Shown here piece after piece: positions 1 to 13,158 of a stretch of DNA of 64,000 nt. Source of the stretch: Geosiphon pyriformis uo1 (Eukaryota; Fungi; Glomeromycota). Position numbers and translations under genes: made by a program. Below the pieces are notes generated by a model. That model made no database searches and had not been told where the DNA came from. It saw only the letters and a list, made by a program, of their open reading frames with translations. Position 1 is the stretch's first letter; each line of letters starts with the position of its first letter. The stretch spans positions 124,001 to 188,000 of the forward strand of contig JAAOMT010000776.1 in NCBI GenBank assembly GCA_016748015.1. The letters run 5' to 3'.

Positions 1-522
1 AAACCAATTAAATACAACAAATAATAATCATTTATTTTTAACAAATTTTAAATATATATATATATCTTTTAATTTATTTTTAAAACAAATTTAATTTAAT
101 CTTAAAATAAATAATAATAAATAAAAAAATCATACTATAATTAATGATTTTATAAAAAAAACTATTATTTTTAAAAATATAAATTTGGTTTTTTAATTTA
201 AATAAAGCTTAATTTAAAAATCATATAAAGTTTTAATATTAAATTAAACTGGCTTTACCAAATTAAAATAACAAAGATAAAAATATTTCAAACTACTATA
301 TTTAAAATTAAATAGCAAAATTTTTATATTAAACAGATAAATAACATAATACATTGAAAATTAATTTTAACCACAAGAAAATTACCCATTTGGATTTGAA
401 CATAAAATCCTGCTAATAGTCCACGGATCATAAAACGATTGCTGTTTCTCCAGCTTTTGATGAATTCCGGTTTTAAACGAGAAAATCAATCAGATTCTAA
501 TAGGATAGTATAAAGCCAAGAC

Positions 523-2075
523 TCACAGAAAATAATGTACTTTTTCCTAATTGAAAAATTGCATCAGAAAAATTTAAAAAATAATAGTAGGATTTCAAAT
601 GAAACGCACCTTTCTCTCAGTTAATAATTGCTGAGCAGGACCATCTCGGTCATTCTCTGGTGCTGCTTCAAATACATTAAAAAATCGTTCCCCATTAGTG
701 TTGACTTCTAATATAGAAGCCATATTGCCACAGCGATAACAATAATTTGGCGCAGACCATACTGTGGAAAGCTTATCATCATAAAGGACCTATAAAAGAA
801 TATTACTAATTTATTATAATGACTGAAATTCTTTTCAAGACTATTCATATGATACCTGATAACCTTCCATACATAATTGGTGAGCTCGAAGGATATGCTC
901 CATCTGATTAATCTCTAAAAATTTTTTAACAACCTCAGCCCCGAAGGTGTACCCAGCACCTCTAATAGAAGTAAATTATTTAGGAGCTAATTGTTAAATC
1001 GCTTATTAAGTAATTATGAGTAATAATATATCAAGAAAAACCCACCTTGGAGAAATGGCAAACTCGTCTTTATCAGGGTCTGGATCGGACCAAACCAAAT
1101 CTGCCATCGGTCCCTCGTGTGGTATTTCTTTTTGTCATATGTATAGAATTATCTTCTGTTATTTCAAGTTAATAAGAATCATAGAACCGAAAAATTTTTT
1201 CTTCACCTCGAAATCGATCCAATATTTTGATTTGATCAATACTATGTATCGATGGTGAGAGGCCTGGTATGACATAAGGATAAAGTTGAAATGTATGTTT
1301 TTGAATGGCTAATATAATATTCAATATTTACCTCCGTGAACACAGAATATTCGATCGTCAATCACCACAGACAATGTGAGAAAATCAAACATATCTGTAA
1401 AGTAGTGCCAAACACTAGCATTACCGTACTTTCTGATACATTCAGTATAAAACCCGTAAGTCTGCAAAAGTTGAGAATCAGAATCCAAATTTTTATGAGA
1501 AGGCGTGTTAAGAATTCAAATTTGAATGTATCTCAGATAGTGGATTTTGGCTACCTGTGTCACGGCTCTAGATTCATGATTTCCTCGAACAAGTTGAACT
1601 CTCTCTGGATAACGTAACTTCAGGCAAGTTAATAAAGAAATAGTTTCCACACTGAATAATCCTCGATCCACATAATCGCCTGCAGGAAACCGAATAAGGC
1701 GTTTATAAAAATTCGGCTAACGCGTCTTGCATCGTGGATTAAAGATTGAATTTTGGGTCAAAGTTTTATGTACCGAGGAAGAGATAGTTCGTGTATGGAC
1801 TATATCCTCCAATTCGAAAAATCTCAATTAAATCGTAAAACTGCCTAAATAGTGTCATATTCTTGGGTAGCTTCTTATTGGTGAGGGTTGAGCGGGAAAA
1901 AATTGTCCTACCCATGTATGTCACCAACAACAGTTACGGGAGCAGAAATATGAATGACGTTACTTTCTTTCATCAATAATTCTTTAGTCTTTTCACATAT
2001 TTCTTTGAGCAAAGATTCCGCAAGTAGTTGTTTCTGCAAAAGTTGCTCGATGCAAGCGTCAAGATCTAAGGGCAT
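523..2075 (-). CDS. PPG1: PP2A-family Ser/Thr phosphatase catalytic subunit, PPG1-type, 9 exons, ~312 aa
   Basis: Exons assembled by hand: 2075-1912, 1844-1774, 1679-1555, 1461-1332, 1263-1207, 1127-1046, 961-856, 789-610, 546-523; all introns GT-AG. Translation gives [12 protein letters not shown]..., [50 protein letters not shown] and a C-terminal [12 protein letters not shown] is characteristic of PPG1. Confidence 0.93.
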
Positions 2076-2454
2076 TTTGAAAGAATTCCGTTTCCTGATA
2101 TCTTGATAAGATTAATTATTAATAACTTGTCAATTTTACAAATTATTTGGTAACATTTTTTACTTTTAATATACATACAACATAGTTCATGCAATTTTTC
2201 CATGTGATTAACTTTTTATATTCTAAATGTGGCTTAAATTATGTTAAAATTACATAAAACCTTTGTTTAATCAAGTACACATGTGTTTAAAAAAATTTAC
2301 ATATGTTATTAATAACATATATACAGATTTTTTAAGAAAATATTATTTAAAACAACAAAAATAGCACAAATATAGTTTAAATTTTGTAAAAGTTTTTATT
2401 ATTAAAATTAATTTTTGTATTTAAGTTTTTAAAAAAGCAAATTTATATATTATG

Positions 2455-2457
<3 letters not shown>

Positions 2458-2494
<37 letters not shown>
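2458..2494. repeat. (TTA)n microsatellite
   Basis: Direct trinucleotide run at the edge of the TE block. Confidence 0.85.
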
Positions 2495-2500
2495 TAACAA

Positions 2501-3200
2501 TATTACTAAAGGCTTTTGGTTTTTTATTTTGAATATTGTTGCTGTTATTTTGCTGTAAATTTTTACTTATTGGAAGCTATTAAATCTCCATAACTGAATT
2601 TATCTTCAAATTATCTTTTATAATTTAAACTGCTAAGCTTATAAATAAAATAGCCAGTTCTATGTCAGTTATTTTGTGTAGTTATTTTGTAATAAAAATC
2701 AACTTTTTTTCAAAAATTGTTTATTTAAAAGCTTACTAATAATATGTAGTTACTTTGTAATAAAAGTCAACTTTTCTATAAAAATCTTGTCTATAAGCTA
2801 TTATATATAATAAAAAATAAAATAAAAATAAAAAAAATGAAAAAAAATGAAATTTTGTTTAGAGAATTGTTTTCTGTTTAGACTTGAAATAATTAATGAA
2901 TTTATTAAAATTAATAGCTAGTTAATTTTAAAACATTAATTAAGATTTAAAGAATTTTAATTCATTAATTATAATAAATTATGTTTTTAAAGTATTTGAT
3001 ACTTTATTAATTTGTACTAAAAGACTTGTTTTAAGAAAAATGATTTTAATATAAGATATATTTTCTCAAAAAAAAAGTTTTTTTTTATATAATTTATAAT
3101 AGTACTAGTTTATAAACTTGAATTTTTCTTTTTTTGTTATAATTTTGATAAATTAAAGATATATTTTAGCAAATTACAAGTTGTCTTGATGTTGTAGTTT
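2501..3200 (-). repeat. Eroded LTR-like repeat (family C), partial
   Basis: Reverse complement aligns over ~700 bp with ~10975-11646, e.g. taaatctcca...gaatttatcttcaaattatc...aaactgctaa. Confidence 0.7.
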
Positions 3201-3950
3201 TATCTTTAAAAAATACAGTTTAATAAAAATTTGATTATTTAAGCATTGTTAAATAGCTAAATTAAATATGGAATTGATTAGATTTTTGTTAAATTGTATT
3301 ACAAAGAACTAATTAATTGTTAAGATTAATTTTATTGTTGTTTGAAAATTGATTTTGTGATGTAAATTGGTTTTGTTAAACCAATTTTTATGCAAATACT
3401 TAATATTGTTAAGTAAATAGTAATTAATATTATTAAATCTGTAATAATTGCTAATATTGTTGTTGTATTAGTTGTAAAACAGATTGGTAGTAGTTGTTTT
3501 AAAATCTTAATAAGTAATAAATTAGTGGTGATAATAATATAACTGTTAAAGTTAAAAATAATATTAATTATTTTTTTGTTGTTGATCTTATTGCATTTTT
3601 TAACAGTCTTGTTTTTAATGTTTTGGAATTTTATAATAGTAATAACTTTAAAATTAGTTGTTTGATAATAAAAAATTGCTTTGGTTTTATTATTGTAGTG
3701 ATTAAAATTTTTGTTGTTATTGTTGTTTTTGTTGGTTGGTGAAATATTTTTTGATTTTCTGAATCAGTTAATTAATTTTTTTTTTAGCTATAAAACTGAT
3801 TTTTTTAATTGCAAGATTAACAAGTTTGGTATAATTTGTTTTTACTATTGTTATTTTGTAGGTTTTAGTATATTAAATACAGTTAGAGAGATTTTAAATT
3901 TCATAGATCAATTTTGAAATAATCCACAAAAAATTTCTGTAATCTAATTA
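3200..3950 (-). mobile_element. Degenerate Gypsy gag fragment
   Basis: Aligns in reverse with the gag-like segment at 35436-36000. Confidence 0.6.
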
Positions 3951-4139
3951 ATGTTTAGTATTATTAGCATAAAAAATTTGATAATATTTTATTGATTAAA
4001 TACTTCAAATAAAAATCGAAACTAACAGTAGAAACATATTTTTATAAACACAAAGTTTCAGAATTCATAAAAATTCACACAATTTTACATAATAGTTTTT
4101 TATTAAATTGGATTTAAAATTACATCTTGCTTTATAATA

Positions 4140-6900
4140 AATGCTAAAGACTTATCCTGTTTATTTAAATCTTTTATCAGTAAATATAACAAAAGTCAAT
4201 TAGTAAAATATAAGACCAAAAAAAGTCAAAGATGGCAATATATATTAGCTAGTGTTACAACAGAAAGAATAATAGAAATAACTAAGTATTTTCTTAGATT
4301 AACTATATTATTTGACTTTTTAAACAATTATTTTTTATGTAAAAGACATTATAATCAAATTGTTGTTAAAAAGTTTTTTATTAAATAAATTACTAAATCA
4401 AATAATTCAACTTTTTTAAATTTAAAAAAACAGAAAAAAAAAACCAAAACTTTCTAATAATAACAAGTTGTTAAAATTAAAAAAAACTTTTTCTGATTTT
4501 AGAGCCCAAGTATTCTTGTCATATTTAATATATAAAGTTTATATAAAATAAATACAGAAGCTAGAAAATATTAATCAGCAATTATTATCTGAGAATGTAA
4601 TATTAAAAAAGTAATCAGATAAAGCATTTAATAATCAATAAGATTATATTAAATTCATAACAGAAATTACTAAAAGAGAACAAAATAATTTGTATAATAA
4701 TATAATAAGTTTGAAAAAAATCATGAATATTTTAGTCTATATAGTCTTTTAAAGTATTGTTTTTTAATATGGCTTGCAAAATAAAATTCAGTCATTGTAA
4801 GATTTATTGAAACTTTTATTCATAATAAAGATGAATATTAAAATAAAATAAAAAAGCTTTTTAAATATGCTGTAGCAGTTAATACTATATATAGATTAAG
4901 GCACTTAAAATATGTTTCTGCTATTAATTTAGCCACTTCAACAATCAAATATTTAGTAACAAGATCGAAAATAGTCATTAATATTGATAATTATATTATA
5001 AGTTTCAGTTGCTATAAAAAGTTTACTAACTGGTTAGAAAGTTTGGCTATAGAACAGTCAAAGCTTCCCAAAAGATTTTTATTTTTAGTTTTTGACAATA
5101 AACAAAAAGATCAAAAAAATTACTTAAATTATAAATATAATACAGTCATATTTAATATTATTATAAGTTTTGTTGCTTTTAATTATAATCAAATTAATGA
5201 TATTCAAAATATAGATCCTTGATTGTATTCTGAACTTTCCAAAAAAAAATATAAGAAATTATTTTCTTTAACTTTAAGTATGATAAATGAAATTCATAAA
5301 GAACTTACTAATTATTTTACTATTATTTTAGAAGAGTTTTGTACAGAAAAAAGTCAAAAAACAAATATAATTAATGAATTAGTACAATATTAAAGCCAAA
5401 TTAGTTCTCTAAAAAAATGTTCAGCTTGTTAATTGTCTAATATTAATAATAAAAAACAAGTTTGTTCTGTATGCCATAACAAATTACCAACAATCACCAA
5501 AATTAATCAATTGAATAAATCAGTTGATATTGCCAAAAAATCCATTTTTTATTTTTACACATTTGAAAATACACAATTGTATCTAAAAATTAAGGTTTAT
5601 ATGCCACAATTATATGTTCCTAATCCAATAGCCATAAATTCAAACTTAATTGCCAATATTCGAAAGGTTTTTGAGCATATTTAAGAACTATTTAGCATTA
5701 AAGATAGTAACTACAGATGGGTTGTAGTAATATATAATAGAGTATCTTATTATTATGCATAAATGATCAAAAAAGATTTTTCTTGGCTTATATTAGTTCT
5801 AAGTGCTTTTTATAAAGAGATGAATATATTAAAAACATTTGTTAAACTGAATTAAAATATTAATATAAAATATTTTACATAATGTCAGAGATATTAGAGT
5901 AAAAGTCAACTACAGTTTTTTAAAAAATGTCCTAATCATTATAAGTTGTAAGATTTAATATGTAATATATATAAACATGCAATGGCTTCCAAATTAATGT
6001 GGCCATATATTGTTTTTAAGAAAAATCTATTTGTTAAAGATTACTTAGAATGAGTCCAAAATGAAACAGATTTCATATTTAGGTTAAAGTATAAACAAGT
6101 TTTTTTTTATTTACAAGCAATTATTAACTTTTATATTGAAATTTGTTTTAATAGGTCTTTATTAAGACTTGTGGCTAAACAAATATTTGCACTAATTTGG
6201 TCTGCTTGGCACCATTCTATTTACCAATTAATTGAAATTGTTGATAAAGAACAATAACTACAATTAAAGTCTAAAGTTTACAAGCTGATTCAAGAAAGAA
6301 TTGTAATTTTTTAATCTAAACTTTTAAATCAACATCAAAACCATGATGCAATACTTGAAAAAATTAACAAAACACTCAAATTATTGATTTTTTTTACATT
6401 TTTACAATGGCATTAGGAAATTACAGTATGTAATTGTATTAAATTTGAGAAATTGTGTACTAACCTCTTTAATATTATTGGATATTCTAAAAGTGAAATA
6501 TACAAGTCTTATATATATTTTAGCTTTATTGCTAAATCAAATCAATTTTGAGTTCAGATAAAAAAAACACAGTTTGTAAATCCAAATGTTTCTAATTGTG
6601 TTTTTTGTAATATTGGTCATGAATAAATATTAAGTGAAGAAATAAAAAAATTCAGTGAAATTATGTAAATAAAAAAAATAAACTTTTTTAAAACAAAGTG
6701 AATTAAAAAAACATTGTTAGGTACTTGGAAACCAATTCCAGTAACAAGTAAAAAAGCAGATTATCAAAAAATATTAATTTATTAATAAAATCACAACTAT
6801 TATTTATTATTAACTCTTTAATACTTCTTTTAAGTAATTATGTTTTTAAAGCTTATCAAGTTAATTGTGTGATAGCCTAATAAATATCTTTTAAGAAGTT
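4140..6900 (+). pseudogene. Decayed DUF6589-like putative DDE transposase
   Basis: Reversing G>A/C>T restores these motifs: LVFDN (5090); CxxC..CxxC ribbon (5415-5475); VVIYNRV from VVxCDGV (5725); SAFYKEMNIL from GALHEEMNML (5800); PNHYKL*D from PDHHKSWD (5930); DAILEKINK from DAILEEINK (6345). Many stops and frameshifts. Confidence 0.65.
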
Positions 6901-8300
6901 AGAAATATATTGTATTGTGTACAGTTTTGTTTATGTTAAATTGGATGTATTACTATTTATAATTGAAACTATAATCAGTTAATATATAATACTTGTATTT
7001 CTAAAGATGTTAACTATAAACCCAATGCCCATAATACAATTGTTTTTATGGTGGATAATATTTTTAATATATACAGCCCAAGAGTTGCATAAAATATAAA
7101 TTATGGTCATTGTGGCATTAATATTTATATTGTTCAATATAATGCTTGGCAAAATTTTTGTTCAGAGCTGTAATATGGGTTAGGCCTTCTTGCTGATACA
7201 TGTTTTATGAGATTCTAAATTCTATCTAGTTCTATTATTTGAACACATGGTTGAGATATCTACCAGTTGTTAAAGAAAAAACTACTGGATAGATTTCATA
7301 AAGCTTTGACAACTATTATTGCCAATTGTTTAATAGTAATAATTTTCAATACATAGCCTTTTGCCACTTCTTTTTATTGATTTCTATTTGCACATTTTTT
7401 ACAAGCTAAAAAATTTGAATTACATACAAAAATTTTATCAGCTATCAAAATTAAGCTTAGTGCCAATATTGCCATTGTATTATATATACTTATTTTTAAA
7501 ACATAATATGTTGAATCTAAATCCAAATTTCTATTCTGTGTAATTATGTTTAGATTATAAAAAACATTCAACACAGATTTATTTGCCCCAAAAAAGTCGA
7601 TTTTTAATATATCTTTAAAACTATCAATCAAACTTTTGCTTGCTAATATTAAATATTGGTCAAATGATAAATATGATTGCTAGTATAAAGTTTTTTTTTA
7701 ATTATAGATGCTAAAGTTGGTGTGAAAATGTATTTATTGGATATATATTAGAATTTTTATGCTTTAATTTTTATTACTGATTACATTTTTTTCCTAAAGA
7801 AAGATAAATTTGAATTCTATTTTTAGTTGATTTGCTCAAACAATATCTTATTAACAAACTTGTTTCTAAAGAATTCTATTGGGCCATTATTCTTGTTTGT
7901 AGACCTGTTAATTCCTTCTTCTAATATAAAAAAAAAGTAATCTTATTAGCCAAAGTTTGATTCAGAGTAACTTTATTAATACTCATAGCAATAGTCTCCA
8001 AAACACTACCAGCCTTTAAAGCACTACCAGTCTTCAAAGCACTAAGAGCAACAGTACTATACCATATGTCAACTATTATTAAAACTCTCATAATACTTAC
8101 AAACAACAAGTCAAATATAATAGTTCTATTATTGTCTTCTGATAATAGTAGTAACTTATAAAGAAGAAGAGTAATTAAATGTTGTAATATTTCAGAAATT
8201 TTGTTTAATGTTTTATAATTGTTTCCAGAAACTTTTCTAATTTTTTTTACTATCATAAAAAATGATTTCTATTAACAAATCAGAAAATCTTCTTAACTGT
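6900..8300 (-). pseudogene. Decayed second ORF of unknown function, convergent with the DUF6589-like ORF
   Basis: Coding-like fragments KKELTGLQTRIMAQ, SKSLIDSFKDILKIDFFG, CNSNFLACKKC, KHVSARRPNPYYS; interrupted by a ~200 bp insertion. Confidence 0.45.
7927..8133. mobile_element. ~200 bp insertion with ~10 bp target-site duplication
   Basis: Flanked by tcttctaata / tcttctgata; removing it restores the frame SYYYYQKKELTGL; contains an 18-bp tandem repeat (cactaccagcctttaaag). Confidence 0.5.
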
Positions 8301-8559
8301 ACTAATATATAGAACACTAAAACAAAATATAATAAAGTACATATTATTTGATTTAACTTATAAAAAAACAGCAATATTACCAATTAATTTTATAATAAAA
8401 ACATATTTAATACAACTGATTACAAAAAAAAACTTTTAAGAAACACTTCAATAAAAAATCTATACTTTTTTTAGCACATTAAAAGAAAAACAACAAAATA
8501 TAGCCACTTATATTAAATACTTTTAAGCTTAACAAAAAAACAGTATAATAACAAACTTC

Positions 8560-9571
8560 TGTTATCGGTAAACTAAATAAGGTATAACAGTAATGTTTGG
8601 TGCTCAAGCTTTGAGTTTTTAAGGAGCTTTTAATGGTTTTTTTTTGGTAAACTTGTTTAATGTGTTAGTGTTATCAGTTTCTGAAGGTCTGTTGGATTTT
8701 TATGAATTTATCTATGAAGTTTTTTGGTTATAAGACACAGAAAAATGTTTCACAATATTGCAACTTCTTGTATATAAATGTGAGCTATCTTCTCCAAGCT
8801 AATAAGTGCAGTTATTAGAGTTTGGTAGTGTTTTTTTACTTTTTTGGTAAGCTACCAAGATAATGTTAATATCCAAACTTAAGAGAAGCTTTTTTCTTTT
8901 ACCAGGCTATTATAAAGTCTATTTCTAGACAGTCAATTTTCTTATATTGCTATTCTACAAGAGAAAATAAAATAAAATAAAATAAAATAAAATAAAATAA
9001 ATAAAATAAAAAAAGATGAATTAGTATTATTAATTGCCATAATTAAAAGTAATTGGTTCAGATTATTAAAAGTTCAAGACATTTATGCTAAGAACATCTC
9101 TCTTAAAATGAAAGTATAAAACAAGAATTAGTTTGATTCAAACATAAGATAATTGATGACCATATATTGATAATTTTGTAGTTTTTCAAATAAGTCCTTT
9201 ATTTTTGTAAGATGTAATAATTATAAGGAAGAGAAAAATTGATTCTTGTCTAGATGCTTTTTTAACTTTTACAACTACTTGTTTTTATATATTTTTTTGG
9301 TTCTATAGGATTGTTTTTTAATTGTTTTGTTTTTGCTAACTATTGCTTTGCTATTTTGTTATTATTTTATTCTTTTATATTATTACTAATTATTCTATAT
9401 TTTAACTAGTTATTTCATATTATAATATATTATCAAGTTTTGTATTATGTTATTTTGAGTTATTACATATTATTCTGTGTTTTTTTATGTTATCCTGTAT
9501 TATTTTATATTGTCATGTTTTTGGTCACATTTTCTCTATAACTTTAAATTGGTTTTTCTATTCAGGTAATA
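8560..9571 (-). repeat. LTR family B copy (solo or remnant)
   Basis: Reverse complement of 27207-28197; termini T(G>A)TTAC...GATAACA; internal (AAAAT)n tract at 8965-9010; no matching TSD seen. Confidence 0.8.
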
Positions 9572-10790
9572 TTGCTATCTACTATTAATAAATTCAAAAT
9601 TGGAAATAAAGTTTTTTTATACAAAATTAAGACTGAAAAACAATAAAGTAAAAATTTTGATTATAAATAAAATAAACCATTTTATATTCATAAAATTCTA
9701 AACAATAAATTATATAAGACTTAATAATAAAATTCTAGCAAAAGTTATACATAAAAATTAATTAAAATACTATTACTTCAGAATTAATTCCAAATTATTA
9801 ATTTTACAAATTAATATATATATTTTTTAATTAATTTTAAAGATATTTTTTGAAACTTAAAACCAATAGTTATAATAGAACAATAATTAAACTAAAACAT
9901 TTAATTTAATTATATACTAGTATATTTTTTAAAAATAATACAAAAACATTAAACAAAAATAAAAAAATAATTGCCAAAAAATATCTAATTCAAAAATATA
10001 TAAAATTTCTATACCAAAATTAATTTTTTTTTTTACAAATTTAGAAAATTTTTTATAATTTATAATAATTATTTCCTAAAACATTCAACAAATATTCCAA
10101 AAATTAATAATAACTTTAAAAATACTTCTTAACTTGCTTATAATAATCAATAAAAGTCAAATTAATTATATTTAGAAAAAAATTACAATTTTAGTAATAA
10201 ATAATTTACAGAATTATTATTCTTATAAAAAATACAAGAAGTTTTTTGAAATTTATTTACCCAAATTTTTGAAGCAAGCTTTAAAAAAAACCCAATTTTT
10301 TACTTTTATAAACATTTTTCTAAATGCCATAATACAACAAAAACTTTAACTGTAACTTAACAAAAGCAGTAAATATATCTTTATTTAATGATATTTTTAA
10401 ATTAAAAAAACACTGCACCAATGAAAACTAAAACTTGAAACAACCAATCTCATTTCTAAAGCCATATAAAAACAAATACATTACAAATTTAAAACAATAG
10501 CTAAACCAACAAATATGTAATACAAATTTAGAGCAGCTTTTAGACTTTACAACTTATTTAATACTTGTAAAAATGTTCTATAAAATCCAATACTTTAACC
10601 AATAAAGATTAATATATTAATAAATTTACAAAACTAAAATTTCAACAATTTTAAATCAAATTACTTTAATAATATTGGATTATTATTTAGATATTACAGA
10701 TAATACTTGAATTTTAATAAAGCTCAGTCTTAAGAAAGAGATTATGTTATTAACATGAAATTATCTTTATAATTTTTATTCTTAATTAGC
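9572..10790 (+). mobile_element. Heavily eroded Gypsy gag fragment
   Basis: Patchy similarity to the gag region at 28400-29600. Confidence 0.5.
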
Positions 10791-10815
10791 ATATATTATT
10801 ATTTTAATTATTACT

Positions 10816-11646
10816 TGTTATTTAATCAAATTATTAAATATTACTATCTAATTAATAATTTAATTTGTATAATATACAAATATAATAATTAGATTATGCA
10901 ATATTTTAAACTTTATAATATTTAAAAATTTGCCAAAATTTGTAGAATTTTGTAAATTAATTCAATAGTTATTAAAATAATTTATAATTCATAAAAATAA
11001 TTTATAGATTATAAAAATTTATCTTTAGTTTATTAAAATAATAGCAAAAAAAAATGCAAATTCAAAGACTAGTATTATAGCAAGTTGTATAAAAGAAATG
11101 CTTTTCTCCTTAAAAAAATATATCTTATCTTAGAATTATTTTCTTTAAAACAAATTTTTTTGTACAAATTAATAAAATATTAAATACTTTAAAAAAAAAC
11201 ATAATTCAATTTAATTAGTTACGAATTAAAATTTTTCAAATTCCAACTAATATTTTGAAATTAATTAGCTATTAATTTTAATAATCTGTTAATAACTCCA
11301 AATTTAAACAGAAAATAATTTTCTTAATAAATTTTTTTTTCTTATTATAATCTACAAATAAAATTTTTGTAAAAGAGTTAACTTTTACAGCAAAGTAACT
11401 ACATATTTTAATAAGCTTTCAAATAAGTATTTCTTAGAAAAAAATTGATTTTTATTGTAAAATAATTATATAAATAACTAATATAGAATTGGCTATTCTA
11501 CTTATAAGTTTAGCAGTTTAAATTATAGAAGATAATTTGAAGATAAATTCAATTATTGGAGATTTAACTACTTTTAATAATTAAAAATTAACAATAAAAT
11601 AATATTAACAATAATTAAGAAAAGAAACCAAAAACTTTCAATAGCA
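10816..11646 (+). repeat. LTR-like repeat (family C)
   Basis: Possible TGTTA start and ...ATAGCA end; inverted homologue at 2501-3200; the 5' boundary is uncertain. Confidence 0.65.
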
Positions 11647-12600
11647 ATAGTTAAAAAAAACACTAATAACAATATTAATAACAGCAATTAAAGAAAACTT
11701 AAAAGCAAAATCTACATAAAACAACTTAATATTGTTCTTTAAAATTAACTTAAATCTAATAAAACTAAACAACAAATAAAATAAAAAATTAATTAAAACT
11801 AATTTAATCTTAAATATAGTACCAAATACTAAAATAAAGACCACTTATTCAGAAAATTTTTAATAACTAAAAATTGTTTTTTAAATATTATTAAAAACAA
11901 TACTAAAAAACAAAAAAAAATTGGTTTAGTTTTTATTTGATTAGCTTAATTTTTAAAATTAAATAATCTAATAGATTGTTTTGCTTTTAGAATCAACAAT
12001 AATCTGTTAAAAAACACCATATTTGGCAATATAACCAGTAATTAATCTTAATTTATCTTAAAAAATATGCTATTGTTTTTATTATTTATATTAAAAAAAA
12101 GACTAATTGTTATTAAAGAGATTTTATTTAAAATTTTATTTAAAATTACAAAAAAATTCAATATAATAATAATAATTATAAGTAACTATTACTGTTTTTT
12201 TGAGTTTTTTGTTTTTTTGTTTATTTATAAAATAGTAATAATAGTAATATTAATAATAAAAACAAGAAAAACCAACTTGTTTACTAGTTTATTATTAAAA
12301 ACTTTGGGATTTTTAAAGAGAATAAAAACAATACTAGAACTAATTCAAATATGTCTTTTAGAAAAAACTTTAATTGAAAAAGAATTATTAGTTAAAGATA
12401 AAATAAATGCTTTAAAAACTGTTAAAAGCAGTTTTTTACTATTAATATTTAAGAGAAATATTGTTAAAATGTTTTATTTAGCTATTTTAATAATAAAAAA
12501 ACTCTTTTTTATTAAAACTTTATTAATTATTATAAGAAAGTAATGTTTAAATCTTTGCTTTAATTATAATTATAAAAATAAAAAATAAAAAAAGCTTTTA
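11647..12600 (-). mobile_element. 5' part of the ORF1-only retroposon (copy 1, truncated and most eroded)
   Basis: Aligns with 40670-41640, 57580-58540 and 60530-61487. Confidence 0.8.
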
Positions 12601-13158
12601 TAATACTTAATATTTTAAATTGGGCCACACTCGTTAAACCGAAATAAAAAAAAAATTTTAAATAATACTATTAAATAAATAAGTAATATAATTAAAAATA
12701 ATGATATTTTATTTGTTTTTATATATAAAATATTTTTTTAAAATAGATTTTTTATTAAATTTAATGTAATTTAGTCTTAATTAAATTTGTATATTTAATT
12801 ATATATAAATATGTAAATTAAACTTAATTTAAAACTTTTAATAAATTATATTATATTAAATATTAATTAAATTTTATATATTAAATAAATAATATATATA
12901 GTTTTTATATTATTTTAAACCAATAATTTTTAATTATAATTATTAATAAAATTTTAATTTTTTTGTTAAAAATCTGTTATACAAATATAATATTAAAATT
13001 AATATTATAAATAGTTTAAAAATATATATTTATTAGTATAAATAAGACTAAATTTATTAATTAAATAGTTTTTTTAAAAAATCTTCAATTAAGTTTTGTA
13101 AAACAAAATTATATTTGCAAGTATACAACCAAAATTCATGTAAACAAACAATTTATTA

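Noticed and set aside
1016-1617. + strand ORFs of 80 and 93 aa
   Set aside because: Antisense shadows of PPG1 exons and introns
8596-8610. TGGTGCTC as the PBS of a + strand element
   Set aside because: It lies inside a - strand LTR-B and is the reverse complement of the U5 anti-PBS arm
12600-13150. Extremely AT-rich tract as an origin, centromere or endosymbiont/organelle insert
   Set aside because: No diagnostic features; best explained as terminally eroded repeat, like 1-370 and 19550-20300
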